Assembly: GCA_010015805.1 (NCBI GenBank)
Contig: ML978122.1
Location: 2,018,453-2,082,452, forward strand
Direction of reading: 5' to 3'
Length of the DNA: 64,000 bases
From: Rhizodiscina lignyota
Lineage: Eukaryota
Shown: positions 1 to 13,090 of the stretch, in pieces
Layout of the letters: each line of letters opens with the position of its first letter
Numbering within the stretch: the stretch's first letter is position 1
Translations under genes and position numbers: made by a program
The notes under the pieces: model-generated
What the model saw: the letters and a program-made list of their open reading frames with translations, nothing else
Databases searched by the model: none
What the model was told of the DNA's origin: nothing

Positions 1-846
1 TGCGATGCTCGGGTCGGTGATATCGGATAGAGGTAGCATGCCTTCCTGAGGCGCGGGTATTTCAAACGGAGTGGGTGGAGGAGAAAGTGGTAGGAGCGGA
101 GGTGTAATAGGACGAGGGACTTTGTGCTGTACAAGATGAGTATCCGATCCATCGATTCGCCAGCATGAGGTTACCTTGCTCGCTTGCAGTTCAATGGCTA
201 TTAGATTCTCCCTCTCTTCAATTGTGACTGGATCACTAATAGCATTCTGTATGCACAGCAGCACCTCTTTGGCCACTTCCAACTTATCCCGCCTTGCATC
301 TGCGTCGAGCCGTGCAGGTAAAGCGAGATAACGCGTCGGCCACGTTAGCCCCTCATCTCGTTCCTCGTCTACAACCTCTGGAGGTATTTTAGTGTGCTGG
401 AAGTCCGGAATGACGCGTCGTCCAAAGTGTTGCATGTCGTATTCGTTATCCGAAAGAAGGAGTGGAAGTTCTTGCTTCAGTTCAGATCTCCTCCGCGGAG
501 TTTCTAGGCCCATGATAGGATACTCGTCCGGAGCTGAGATTGTTTCTTGAAGAAGCTCTGCTGCTTCTGGCGAAACGGCCAGCTTTTCCTTTGCCAGACT
601 TTCGAAATGTTGCAACGCACAAACTGCGTCTGGAGAATCAGCGCCGAAATCGCATGTCTCCAGCTCATCTAGATCAAACAGAGCGCATATAAATGGATTT
701 TCGGATGCGTAGTCAATAGACAGTTTGTTGAATCGAGCATACTCCAGGACTGTTAGTTCCTCCTCTTCGTCCACATCGTCTCGTGCTCGTGACGCGTCGT
801 CCGGAAAGCGGTCTTCTTCTCCATCATGGCCAGTACTAGTCTTCAT
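1..846 (-). CDS. 5' part of a hypothetical protein; runs off the left edge
   Basis: The minus-strand ATG at 846 opens a frame MKTSTGHDGEEDRF...VLEYARFNKLSIDY...LKQELPLLLSDNEYDMQHF...[16 protein letters not shown] that stays open to position 1, so it is absent from the ORF track. A probable short intron lies near 128-175. Confidence 0.7.
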   Translation of the reverse strand, partial: MKTSTGHDGEEDRFPDDASRARDDVDEEEELTVLEYARFNKLSIDYASENPFICALFDLDELETCDFGADSPDAVCALQHFESLAKEKLAVSPEAAELLQETISAPDEYPIMGLETPRRRSELKQELPLLLSDNEYDMQHFGRRVIPDFQHTKIPPEVVDEERDEGLTWPTRYLALPARLDADARRDKLEVAKEVLLCIQNAISDPVTIEERENLIAIELQASKVTSCWRIDGSDTHLVQHKVPRPITPPLLPLSPPPTPFEIPAPQEGMLPLSDITDPSIA

Positions 847-1226
847 AGTGCAATGTTCAGGAATTGAGAATAAAATCAGATGTATAAAGGCAGTGACCTG
901 CTATATGAGCTGAGCAATGCGACGCGTCGTGAGGTTGTCCGAATAAGGAAGAATGATCACGTGCTTATTCATCCACGTGACCAGGAAGGAGCAGAGAGGT
1001 TTCAATGAAACGAACGCTCGATTCAGTGCAGAAAGTCGAAAGGGTCCAGAAAAAAGGACTTTACTTCCCAGTGTAAGTAAATGTGTGTCTGAGATATAAT
1101 TCAAAATGGGTCACAATATCTAATTAAAAGCAACAACTTGAACGAGTAAACTGCGCCTTGATCGAAGAGAATATTAAGAAGTCGATGAATCAAAGCAAAT
1201 ATAAAGCCAAACCGCAAACCACCGAT

Positions 1227-4200
1227 CTACGCTCTCCTTTTGCCTTTCCCATGCAGTCTATTAAGTGACGGAAACTCCTCAGCTTCCTCTACATCACCGT
1301 CAGGCTTAGCATCTTTCCTACTCTCCTCTTCCGCCATGCTCAGTTGTAGCGCAAACTCCAGATCCTTCATCTCTTGCGCATTACTTGGTCCAGAAGCAGT
1401 TGCCCCTAGCTGCGGGCTCCTCTTACGCGAAGACGGAGGCGTACGGCGAGGTTTCGCATAGCGTACTGGAACATCGTAAGCGCTCCGCTCAAGAAACGGC
1501 GTTGCAGCAGGTGCGGAATGAGCCTCGAGTGCTGGAGAGCCAATAGAAGGTGTACTGGTCTCAAGGCTCTGGCGAATAGCTTCTGCGATGTCCGCGTCTA
1601 GCTCGTCGTCATTTTTGACCGCAACTTGCGGTGATCCTCGAGCGCTGGCGACGCTGACACTTCCTTCCGTTGGTGTTGCGATTCCAGCAGCAGAGGACGT
1701 CCCGCTCTCCCTACGCTTCCTCTCCTCCGACGCTAGACTTTCCTGGCTCAACATAGCCGCGTAAGCCAGCGCTTCCTCTTCGCTTCCGAGCATATTGACA
1801 CCAAACCGGCCTGTCAGTCTCTCGCTCTCTCGGCGCCGTGCCTCTCGATCGTGCTCCATCTCCAGCTTCTCGTTCGCGATGTAGTCTTTCAAGCTCCCAC
1901 GACCAGCACCAGAAAATGCACTACCAGGGCCGGCGCTGTTACTGCCACGCTCAGACCGGCGTAGACGGCGCTTAGAAGATTTGTATTGGTCTGCAGCGGA
2001 CGAACTGAATGCCCAGAACTTGAGATGCGTACCGAGGGTGACAATGCCGCGTAGAGACGTAGGATCTGGATCCAGGACGACGGCACCAGCAGCGAACAGG
2101 TTAATACCAATACCTTGAGGACTGGCTTGAGCTTGAATGAGCCTACGCCTGGCGCGGGACGAGAAGCGCGAGTTGAGTGTTCGAATAGGCGTTGTAGTGG
2201 AAGCAAGTACATCCCATGCCTGAACAAGTCCATCATTACCGCCGTGGACTAGATATAGTGCTGTCAAAGCCAAGCAAGATATCTGAGGAGAATCGGTGTA
2301 GATGATGCGAACCGGTTCGATAGTGTTAATTAGGTCAGATGAGCGCGGTGGAGCGGCACGAATGTCCCAGAGCAAAATAACGCCCGTATCAGTACCAGCG
2401 GCCACAAAGCGGGCTCGCTGACCAGGAATGTCCGACGGAGATGCAGCATTGTCTTGGGACAATACAGGAGAAGCCCAAGGTGAAGAGGCATTTGACAATC
2501 CAGCCGCATTGAGAAGAGGATCCTCGCCTTGAGTTAGAGTAGCGAAATTAGACGAATCGATCGCTGTCGTCATGATCTGCAGGGATTTGAGTGTGTCAAA
2601 GGAGAAGGTTGACTGACGCCATTCCTGTTCAAGGCGGCGTTGAGGAGGTGAGGTTTGTCCGTCTCGTGATGATAAGCGCTCTAATGATGGCATGTCGTCT
2701 CCTAGATCTTTATCACGATGGATATCATTCTCTCCATTGCCGAACAAAGAAACGTTCGCTGGGGTGAGTGTAACCGTCGACTGCAACAGGGCTTCTTCTT
2801 CCTGCTCGAATCGGTACCGTAGATATCTTTGGATAGATGCATGACTTCCCTCATCCAGTCCACACTTAAACACGGCAATGGCTTCACCGGCGAGATTTCC
2901 GTCGTCTCCTGCAAAGTCAACTTCCATTCTTCGCCGCATGTCCCATCCTGTGCATCGCTTCTGAAAGTCCTTCGGTTTCACTGAGAGGAAAGCCTCGATC
3001 TCTCTAGTCTCAGCGACGATTTGATCAGTGCTCAAGCACATGCCATTCCAGGAGGATCGCGGGGAATAGCTTCCGTCCACTTCGGCGCTCTGATACGGAT
3101 TCGGTCGCGCGTTGCGCCTACTAGGCTCAACGACGTTCCAGTATACAGTACGACCAGTGCTCCAGGCAAGTCTCTCGAGACCTGGATCGTCAAGTTTTGC
3201 AGCCTTGTGACCAATTGAACGTCGAGGGATTTGAGTGAGATAGAAAAGTTCCCCGAGAGCATTGAGAGCTACCGCCCAGATACGATTCTGCGCACGCCGG
3301 GCTATTGAGTACGAATCATCAACAGCAATGCCAATGATTGGTACTCCTGGGCTAAGCACCCATCGAGCAGTCAGCTCTCCACGTGTCATACGAGCAGACC
3401 GAAGGCCATCAGAACCTAGACTGTACGCCGATACCACGCCTGCGGAAGAGCCTGAAAGGATGCCAATCAATCCTTCGGACATTGAGGGAAGCGTCTGCGA
3501 TTTGGCCATCCAGACTGAGCAGATGGATTCTCTTACGGGATCAATTTTCGGAATACCAAGTTCTGGGTCGGAAATCGACAGCGATGGCAGAAGAAACCTT
3601 CCTCGCATCTCTTCGACAGATCGATAGTACAAAGATCCGCCAGGAGAGCCCTCTCCATGAACCATGCCATACGAATGGCTGACATCCATCACATTCGGAA
3701 CTCCAATGACTTCCCCGGGACCAAGACCCCACTGAGCGTCACCCGGAAATCGCTCCGAGAACTGCAAGAAAAGTTGCGGATCCGATAATCCCCAATTGTC
3801 AGCTTTCCCAGCCATAGGATCGCTGCTCGAAGCAGTCCCAACATCATCAGCACCGTGGACGACACGGGGTACGCGCTTATTAAGGCCCGTTCCAAAAGTC
3901 GCATGAAGGTGATTGATGGTAGTGAGCAGCTGCGAATTATACATAACCGTTGCGTTCGCGGTATGAGATTGGCCGGACCTCGAACTTGACGGAGGCGCAA
4001 GGTGCTGCATAGGTTTGCCTCGCGAGAGAGACCGGAGCAGGCGGGTCCGGATCATGTACTCGCTCCTCCACGTTGCCAAGGCAGACAAGCGCGTGAATGC
4101 CCGTTTCTCAGAAGGAAGTACATCCTCATCTTCGACTGATACAGTGCGGTTGGCAACTCCTCTGGCAGACTCTGCTCCAGGGAAATAACGAGCAAACGCT

Positions 4201-4768
4201 GCACGCCATGCATGTTGTGTAGTCACGAGGTTGTGGAAGCGACGAGAGACCAGAGCAACGGATGCCAGGTCACTCGGAGACAAATGCGATAAGGCATGCG
4301 TCAGTACTTCTACAGCACCAAATCTGGTCAGCCATGAAATTCTGAATTGGGATTGAACATGGCCATGGGTGACATACCGTTTGGTAGCTGATTGACCGGC
4401 GAAGCAGTGTCAGTAAGCTTCCAATGTTTCTTGCGAACCTCGAAAGCTGGAGGAGAGTCTCCTCTAGGAGTTGGTGATGAGCTTATGGCATTTTCATACT
4501 CCGAGATCCTGTCCCGAGGTGGCGTTGAGTTGTTCTTCAGTCTAGTGGTCGCTGGCAAACTTGACGAGTCGCATCTATGCGCGTCGCTGTCGACGAGTCC
4601 ATCAGCAGTTGAGAACTGCTGGAAGTCCTCCGACCCAGCTCCTGCATGAGGAGAGGGTGGAAGCTCGTCATCGATGCCAGAGCGTCCATGTTGGGAAGGT
4701 TGAGGATGACAAGGGGCGAGCTGTTGTGAAGTTACGCTATTGGATACTTCAGTGAGCTCTGGTTGCAT
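1227..4768 (-). CDS. F-box / WD-repeat protein with C-terminal UIM-like motifs (Pof10-like)
   Basis: Exon 1 (4768-4378) joins exon 2 through intron 4377-4310 (GTATGT...GCTGAC...TAG). This gives the F-box LPNEVLTHALSHLSPSDLASVALVSRRF, WD-like segments (LLWDIR, VQAWDVL) and UIM-like EEEALAYAAMLS, IAEAIRQSLE and DLEFALQLSMAE. Confidence 0.85.
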
Positions 4769-5609
4769 ATAATGGTGAAGAAGGCGTTTAGAAGTGCGTT
4801 CGACTGAGCCAGTGTGTCTGGGTCAGTCTTTGAGAGTCGCGATGGCGTCGTGGCGTGTTATCGTGGGCGTTGTTGTTGGAGAAGGGAAGGGCCCGCCTGG
4901 TGTGCTGTCATCATCAAATCTCGGGAGAGACGCGGCGCGGAACAAGCCGAAAAGTTCACAAGCGTCCCTGAGCCCCTGACTCGGGCTCGAAACCCTTCGG
5001 CCCTTTCATCTGCTGCACAATCGCATCATCTTGATTCGAAAATGGGCTTCTGATGAGGGTCCCTTGAATCCTCTGTATGTCTACAATACAGGTCAGATTC
5101 CGGGTTAAGCCCTCAAGCACCAAATCACGGCTCTGGCTCCGATCTCGATACTAATTATTGCTGCGTGATATTCTGCTCCATCTGCACCTCAAGGGAAGTT
5201 CAGGAGCTGGCTAGATTCAGCCCCGTTCCCTCTTATCGCTGGTATATGTGCATTGGTATAGGAAGCTATATTCACACTCTCTAACTGTGTCGCGTTGGGC
5301 TTGTGGTTTGTTCGATATTCGTCGTGTCGTGATAGGGATGCGTAAAATCAATGCGACCGTATACTGCAAACTGGAATATGGCTTGATACACATACTCGAA
5401 CAGGACAATTGCGAAATGTAATTCTGTAAGTTAGAATACAGGTTAATTGCTCAATACAGTCGTTTCGGAAGGATACCCCACGCTCTTTATACAGTTGTAA
5501 TATCATTCTGAACTTTATCCCTTGACCATCTTTCCAAACTCAGATGCATGGGGCTAGTAGTAGATGGAAGATCCATCGATCTTGAAAACGAATGCGAGCA
5601 TGCCCGACT

Positions 5610-6807
5610 TTATGCTCCACCTTTCACCTCCCAGCCTCCCAGCCTTCCCTCCTTAAATTCTTTAACCATATCCTCCATCGTCATCCATTCTACCCCCTCG
5701 TGCGTATTGATATACTCAATCACCCGCTCATGCATCAACGCAACCTGCGGCTTCCCGCTCACGTCGGGATGGATGCTGATGGGGAACACAAAAGTGTCGT
5801 ATTCGCGGTAGTAGTAGTCAAACTGGTCCTTCCAGAGGCGCTCCACAACATAAGGATCCACGAAGCCATGAGTTGATGGCGATTTGAGATTGAGTTGCAG
5901 CGGAGGCCAATCGTCGAGATGCCAGTTCGCCGGAACAGTGACGATGCTGGATGGCTTGAGTTTCGTCATGGGAGACATCCAGGTTGATGGGCTGGCGTTG
6001 ATATCGGTGGGGTGGTATACTTCGGAGTTATCAGGAGCATAGTAGAGCTGCGAATCGTGATGCATAAATGAATGATCGTATTCCTGGAAATTGTCAGCTC
6101 AGTCAGCGCAATTTGGATGAAAGAGAACGAAAACAGGCCGACGTACGAAACCGAACTCTTCGAGGAGCTTGATCAAATCTTTCGAAGTGCTCCAATGCGG
6201 TGCAGTGTAGCCTTTAGGCTTCTTGCCAATGAAATCGGATACGATTTTGAGTGATTTCTCCAGAACTTCCCGCTGATGCTCCTCACTGAGCAGAGAAATG
6301 GACTCGTGCGTATATCCGTGTAATCCGCTACATGAAGTACAATCAGCCTCTTGTGTAAATTACTCAAAGGGCTAACAATATCGGAAGATATCGATTTTCA
6401 AAGACACATCAATCTGAGTGAACTCACATCTCGTGTCCCGCGTCCCTGACCTTCGCAATTTGTTCTGGAAAGCTTTCAAGCGTATGTGCTGGGACGAACC
6501 AGGTTGTCTTGATGCCGTACTTAGCGAATAGCTTCAGAACTCTGTCGATGCCGACTGTTGCGCCAAATATGCCTCGTGACAAGTCGGTCATATGTGGCAT
6601 GGATCCATCCCGCGTATTGAGCCTTGCTCGTCGTCAGTACCCTGACAAAGCGAAATATGATAAAATTGTCATAGGCAGTAAGGAAATCATAAGTGAAAAT
6701 GACAGAATACGTGCGCATGACGCTCAATTTGGAGCTGCTGTTTGGGCTTACCAGTTGCTCACGGCGTCGGCGTCAACGCCGTAGCCCGCAATAACGCGTT
6801 TAGGCAT
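5610..6807 (-). CDS. Polysaccharide deacetylase, CE4/NodB-like (PuuE/HpPgdA-like), no signal peptide
   Basis: Spliced exons read MPKRVIAGYGVDADAVSNW, then TTWFVPAHT, HEIGLHGYTHE (metal-binding HxxxH), WHLDDWPP and FPISIHPDVSGKPQV. Several GT-AG introns. Confidence 0.85.
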
Positions 6808-7484
6808 GGTGCTAATATGGTTCAGCGCCGCTCGTCTCTTGTTGTGTGAGTAGTTGGTCACAGGTGTCACAGTCGTTTATCAGTGATACGAATGGGATGA
6901 AGAATACGTGCTGTGGGCGAGGGCAGACAGCTTAAATCCATCCATCTCCTTGCTTCGAGCTCCGTCCGATAGCGGGCAGCTCTAAGATCGGATACCAGAC
7001 CCGCGATCGTTGATGAAACGTAATTCAGCCATGGCGCTGTGCCGTTCTCTCCGAATTCCTATATAAGGTAAGAGAGGGATGTGGCGGAGTTGTAGATGGT
7101 GACAATGTTAAGATGGCTTCAAGTACAGCACATTATTACGAGCAGTGAAGTCCAAACAGCGGATTTGGGGAATAAGCAGGTTCTATTACATCTAAAATGT
7201 GTAAATATACCATAGTTTGAGGAGATAACGTCCCTTAACCTTGATGTGATTGTGCACTTAGAATAATGGTGTCCACGTGGTGAGTTTCTGAGAGGTTTCT
7301 ATTCGGGATATATGGTATATGCAGACTAGCCCATAAGTATGCTACACTCCAACGACCGTCTTAATCATAGCACATCCGCTTCATGTATCAACTTCATGCA
7401 ATCGTGTAGCCTCATCGTACCGCTACTGACGTTGTTGCAATATGCGCACGAAGCCCAGAGAAACGCCATATCCAATGCCGAAAC

Positions 7485-10456
7485 CTAAGGTACCCAAATC
7501 CTGCTAAAGGCACAAACCGCTGTCCTGCAGCAAATGCAATTGTTGTAATTTCGTGTCGCTAGGCCAATTCTGCACTCGTCGCACATGCTCAGACATCCAC
7601 ATGGCCACACGAGGATGGTACGTGGATTGCTCTGACATACCACGCACTGCGGTCCGGACGCTCCCATACCTTGAGCACCTTGCTCCCAGGAACCTCCAGC
7701 ACTTGGATGGTCCGCGGGACGTGAGGGCATGGCATACTTCTCGCGCTGCGAGAGAATGAAATCCATGAGTTCATGCTCCTCCCTCTCGCTGATATGGGAG
7801 TCAAGCTTCTCGCGGTCGCGTTGAGAGCTTAGGATACCGGCGCGGTCGAGTTCAATTTGTCGGTTATACTGGCGACGAGTCAAGACGCCATCTTTGTAGC
7901 GAAGGTGTCGAGCTAAGACACGTGCCTGCTGCTCGTGCACGGAGTCCTTGGGATCGAGTAGGTCTGCTAGCGTTTCTCGGTCGAGGAGAGTGTCCGTCAC
8001 TGGAGTCGACTCGCGTGTGCGACTAGGGTATGGATCGGACTGCGTAGGCGTACGGCGACCGTCCTCTTCTTCGCTGAATGGAACTCCTTCCCAATCGTCA
8101 CCACCCGCAGCGGATACGTTTGAAGACATTGATATCACACTCGTGGTATCGTCGTCAACTTGCGGTGGTTCGTACTCTCCGCTGGTGTCAATATCACCCC
8201 ACCAGCCACCCATTTTCCACCAGTTGTATGTCTGGTCGTCGAGCCGCTTCTCCACCTCGGCATCGTTCGTAACGCCAGGGAACATAGGAAGCCGCCGTCG
8301 CATTTCCGCCTCAACGTCCACATTACCATCCCCTGGCACTCGTAGTGTTCCTTCCGAATCCAGCATCCAGAACTCGAGTCCATCTCTTTTCGATCTGGGC
8401 GCTGCACCTGTCAAAGCAGCCTCGGTTTTACTATTGAAGCGATCTCCAGCGAGTCGAACTAGCCATATTGGCCGGCGCTGGATATGAAGTTTGTCAAGGA
8501 TGGCGAGAGCGACTCTGGCATTCATCCCCGCGGAAAGCCAAAAGATTCCTCTCACATACCGCAACGCCATCATCCATCTCCAATGCCGCTGCAACAAGCC
8601 CACACCACGATCTTCGAATTGGGACGCATTCAAAGTTTCTCCTTCTGCATCTTTAGACTTGCTCTTCCTCTCAATGCCGTACCCAGAAGTTACGTGGGGG
8701 CCGGTTTCGGATAGCTTAGCATCCGTGGACAAAAGTCCTTGAGCGATACTGCCTCCAGGCGTGCGAAGATCCTGAGGAATTGCTTCAACCGTCTTCTGGT
8801 ATAGAAGTCCCCGACGTTTTGCAATCTCCTCGAACCGCTTGCGCTCAACCCAGGTCGACGAAGCTACCTTAACCCTAACGCCTTCATTCAAATATACAGC
8901 TTCTGAAGCAGATGAGAGGATTGCAAATCCAGTCTTCAGTAGGCTGGTGTAAAAATCGTCCTGCCACCCGATGCTGATCGGAGTACCTGCGCTAAGATGA
9001 ACATTCGCTTGTAAATTCTGATATGCGGCCGAAAATCGCTCTCTGACCGATGACGGCGCGTTGCCAATCTCCGGTGGAGAAGATGCAGTGATGAGAAGCG
9101 CGAGGCTATAGACAGCGGCACAAACCAGCATCCCCACCAATATGACGAGGTGCGGAATGAATCCGACAATGCAGACAGTAGGGAAACGAATAAGACCCAT
9201 AGTTAAGCCTGGAGAAGGAGAAGTTGGGTCGCTGATCGGGCCACTCATGAAGCGGTAAATGGACCACACAAAGGCAGACATGTAGCACATTGCCCAAACA
9301 CTGGTGTTGACCAATCGGAAGCGCTTGCGTAGGTCCAGAGCAGCGAGGATATTTGAGGACAAATGGCTGAGGGCGCTAATCAGACCTATGAGGAGTACCT
9401 CTGGCGGCACATTCATAAAACCTTTGAGGAAGGCCCGAGTGATTAGCTGATCAACGGAATCATCAGTGGCACCGGAAACTCCAAATGGGACCACTTTGCC
9501 AGCAATTTCCCAAGGTTTGATCATCATCGCTTCTGCTTCCGCGAATGCCAGGGAATGCTCGAAAAGAGTCATGCCAGTTTCAGCCATTGGTTGTCGGCCT
9601 TGGAGAGCACATGTGAGAACCTCAACGAATTGGCTGAGGCATAGAGTGAGAAACAATGGCCAAAGAAGCGCGAGGGAGCCAGAAAGCTGCAGAAGGTTTG
9701 TGTCAGTCCCGGGCTGTGCCATATTCACCGCCGCACACGATTCTGTCTCTGTCTGCCAAAAGAGTGTTGCAGAAGAAAAGTTGTAAAGGAAGCCTCCATC
9801 TCCTGCAAAGTCCCCGCCAACATTCTTCTCGGGATCTCCATATCGCATCGCTGCCCAGTTTGGTGAGCTTTGACATCGTAGGGCTTGGAGGAGAGAGAGG
9901 ACTTGGTTGAGAAGCACAAGTACAGGAACGATGTATACGATGAGGCGGATGTGCCAGCGAAGGCGAAGCGGGACACGCGAAGAGGCGTAGAATTGAGTGC
10001 GATTTAGAAGGAGCGACTGCAAAGGAGTATTAGCTCTCGGGATGTGATCGAAGATGTAAAACATGCCACAAAGAATACGCCCAATGCCCAACGTGTCATC
10101 AAGTAGCTAAACATGCTGCTGAGATTCCTGATAGTCTTGAAGCTCCAGATATTATCATTGATCGACTCAGCAACTGCTGCGTTCGTTTGGGCCGCGGTAG
10201 CACCTGCAGTACGCAATACACTCGGGGCTGAAGCACTCCGGAAGAATCCCCTCGTTGTATTGGAGGCAGTGGCATTAAGTTTCTCTGCCATTGTCGATTC
10301 CGCTATGATGCTTCCGCCATCCCGCATCTTCCCTAGGATGCCATCCAGATGCTCGGGAACCGTGTAGAAGGCGAAAGCACCAGCTCGTTGTGCGAGACGC
10401 GGAAGGACGAGGAGGAGATCCCTCGGCGAAGGAACGAGAGAGCTGTTTGCGTACAT
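7485..10456 (-). CDS. ASI3: Asi1/Asi3-like membrane RING E3 ubiquitin ligase
   Basis: Multiple hydrophobic segments, ETGMTLFEHSLAFAEAE, and a C-terminal RING CVVCQSNPRTILVWPCGCLSMCDECR...CICCR. The first ATG is at 10456 (the ORF track start at 10525 is GTG). Intron ~10066-10017. Confidence 0.8.
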
Positions 10457-12121
10457 AGTGGGGGAAGAGGATGTGCTTTCGTGGATTAGTGGAGAAGGTA
10501 TTATATGCGGGATCGCAGTGTCCACTGAGAAACCGGTCTCATCGAAACTATGTTGAGAGCATTTTCAAAGGTGAAGTTGTAGCTGCGGCCAAGCAGTTAT
10601 GCAACTACGCGATGGTTGTTTGCCGATGTGTCACAAGAAAGTGAAAGGAAACAATCACGCATTGTTGTCAACTTCCAGGATGTCCACATCACCAGATATG
10701 ACGATGTCCTGAAGCGGCCGAAATTTAGCCGATCCCGTTTAATAAATCCGACCATTACTTCCGACCCACATATTCAAACGCCCTTTAACGCTCTCACCAC
10801 AAGGTACTTCTTTTCCCTTCAAATTTGCTTTACGCAAGGGGTCAGTGAATCGAATCAAGTTATCCACAACCTCACTACCAGTCGTCCGAGAAGATCACAA
10901 TGCTGTGCAACTGACCACTCCGGACAAGACCGCTTCGTCTCTGACGTATTCTTAGGTACTTACCATAAGGTACATTGTTACAGCATCACAATTCCCAGCG
11001 AGAACCTCGAAACTCTTTCTGAACCAAAATCATGGACCACACTCGGCAGACAAATGATTCCCGATATCACCTGTACAGGCGACCAGCCAGTAACGCGCTC
11101 CTATTCGAAGCAGATAACATATACCCTGCATATCAAGCTTCTTCAGCGTATAACGGGACAATTCCAGCGGCATTTGCTGGCATTGCTGCTCACAACTGAC
11201 GCTGAAGTAGCTTTCAGGTGATGCGTCTAATGCTCGTCGAAGAATACCTCCACTCTTACCTGCCATTTAAAGAGGCTCGGACATATCGTCTTAGATATGA
11301 CATTAGTGTTGCGTCTGCAAGAAGGAGCTCTCTAATGACCCTTACACCGATACTCTGTAAGCAGGCCGCTGAAAAGGCCTCAGCTCCATCTTAAGGAAAT
11401 GGCTTTCCCTCTATACTGTTTTGTCGGAGGCGAGCAGCTTCCCCATGGAATTATGTCGGTACTGCGCGAGACGGATTCAACAGCAACACGTCACTTTTAA
11501 TACTAAAAAGTGATGCAATATTATACCATCGCATTTAGAGCGAGCAGCACCGCAAGAGATTTACGTAGATACTCTTCAAACATCGAAATAGAGAGCTTCG
11601 AGCTAGCTCTAAGTGCCGCAGTGGAAGTTCATTAATGAGACTGGTGAAATAAAGGTGGCTTCTGCCATGTCCGAACCCGTAATTACGGAACGGTCTGAAT
11701 GGCAGAAATGTCTTTGCAAACAGAACAATTGGACTCCTAAACATTTTTTTTTTTGGGAAATATACGAAGGACGGTCTCTGCATTCCTCTCCGACCAACGC
11801 TTACCTCCAAATATGCCAGACTGCTCAAAGTTGTGCAATAACAGACCTGTGATCAATGCTGCATGTGTCATGTTCAATGAATTCAATAAATAGTATGGAA
11901 GGATGCGAGGGCAGATCAATTAGATGTTGTACAGCATACGGAGTAGAGGCTAGAATGCGAGTCGATGGCAAGGATGTGGCGCTGGACCCTGAAACCACGC
12001 GCGCAAACAATAAATTGCCGCCTGCACAAACACCACTTCCAGCCTTCATTCAAATCAACACCGCAAACGATTGACTCTCCCAACCGCGTTTGCCTTCTCT
12101 ATTGTCTAGTCGAGACTCAAT

Positions 12122-13090
<969 letters not shown>

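Noticed and set aside
10616..11221. 201-aa + strand ORF between ASI3 and IDI1
   Set aside because: TTG start, no recognisable motif or splice pattern; probably a chance ORF in a divergent promoter.
11250..11270. U1 snRNA 5' end (CTTACCTG)
   Set aside because: No U1 loop motifs or Sm site follow at the expected spacing.
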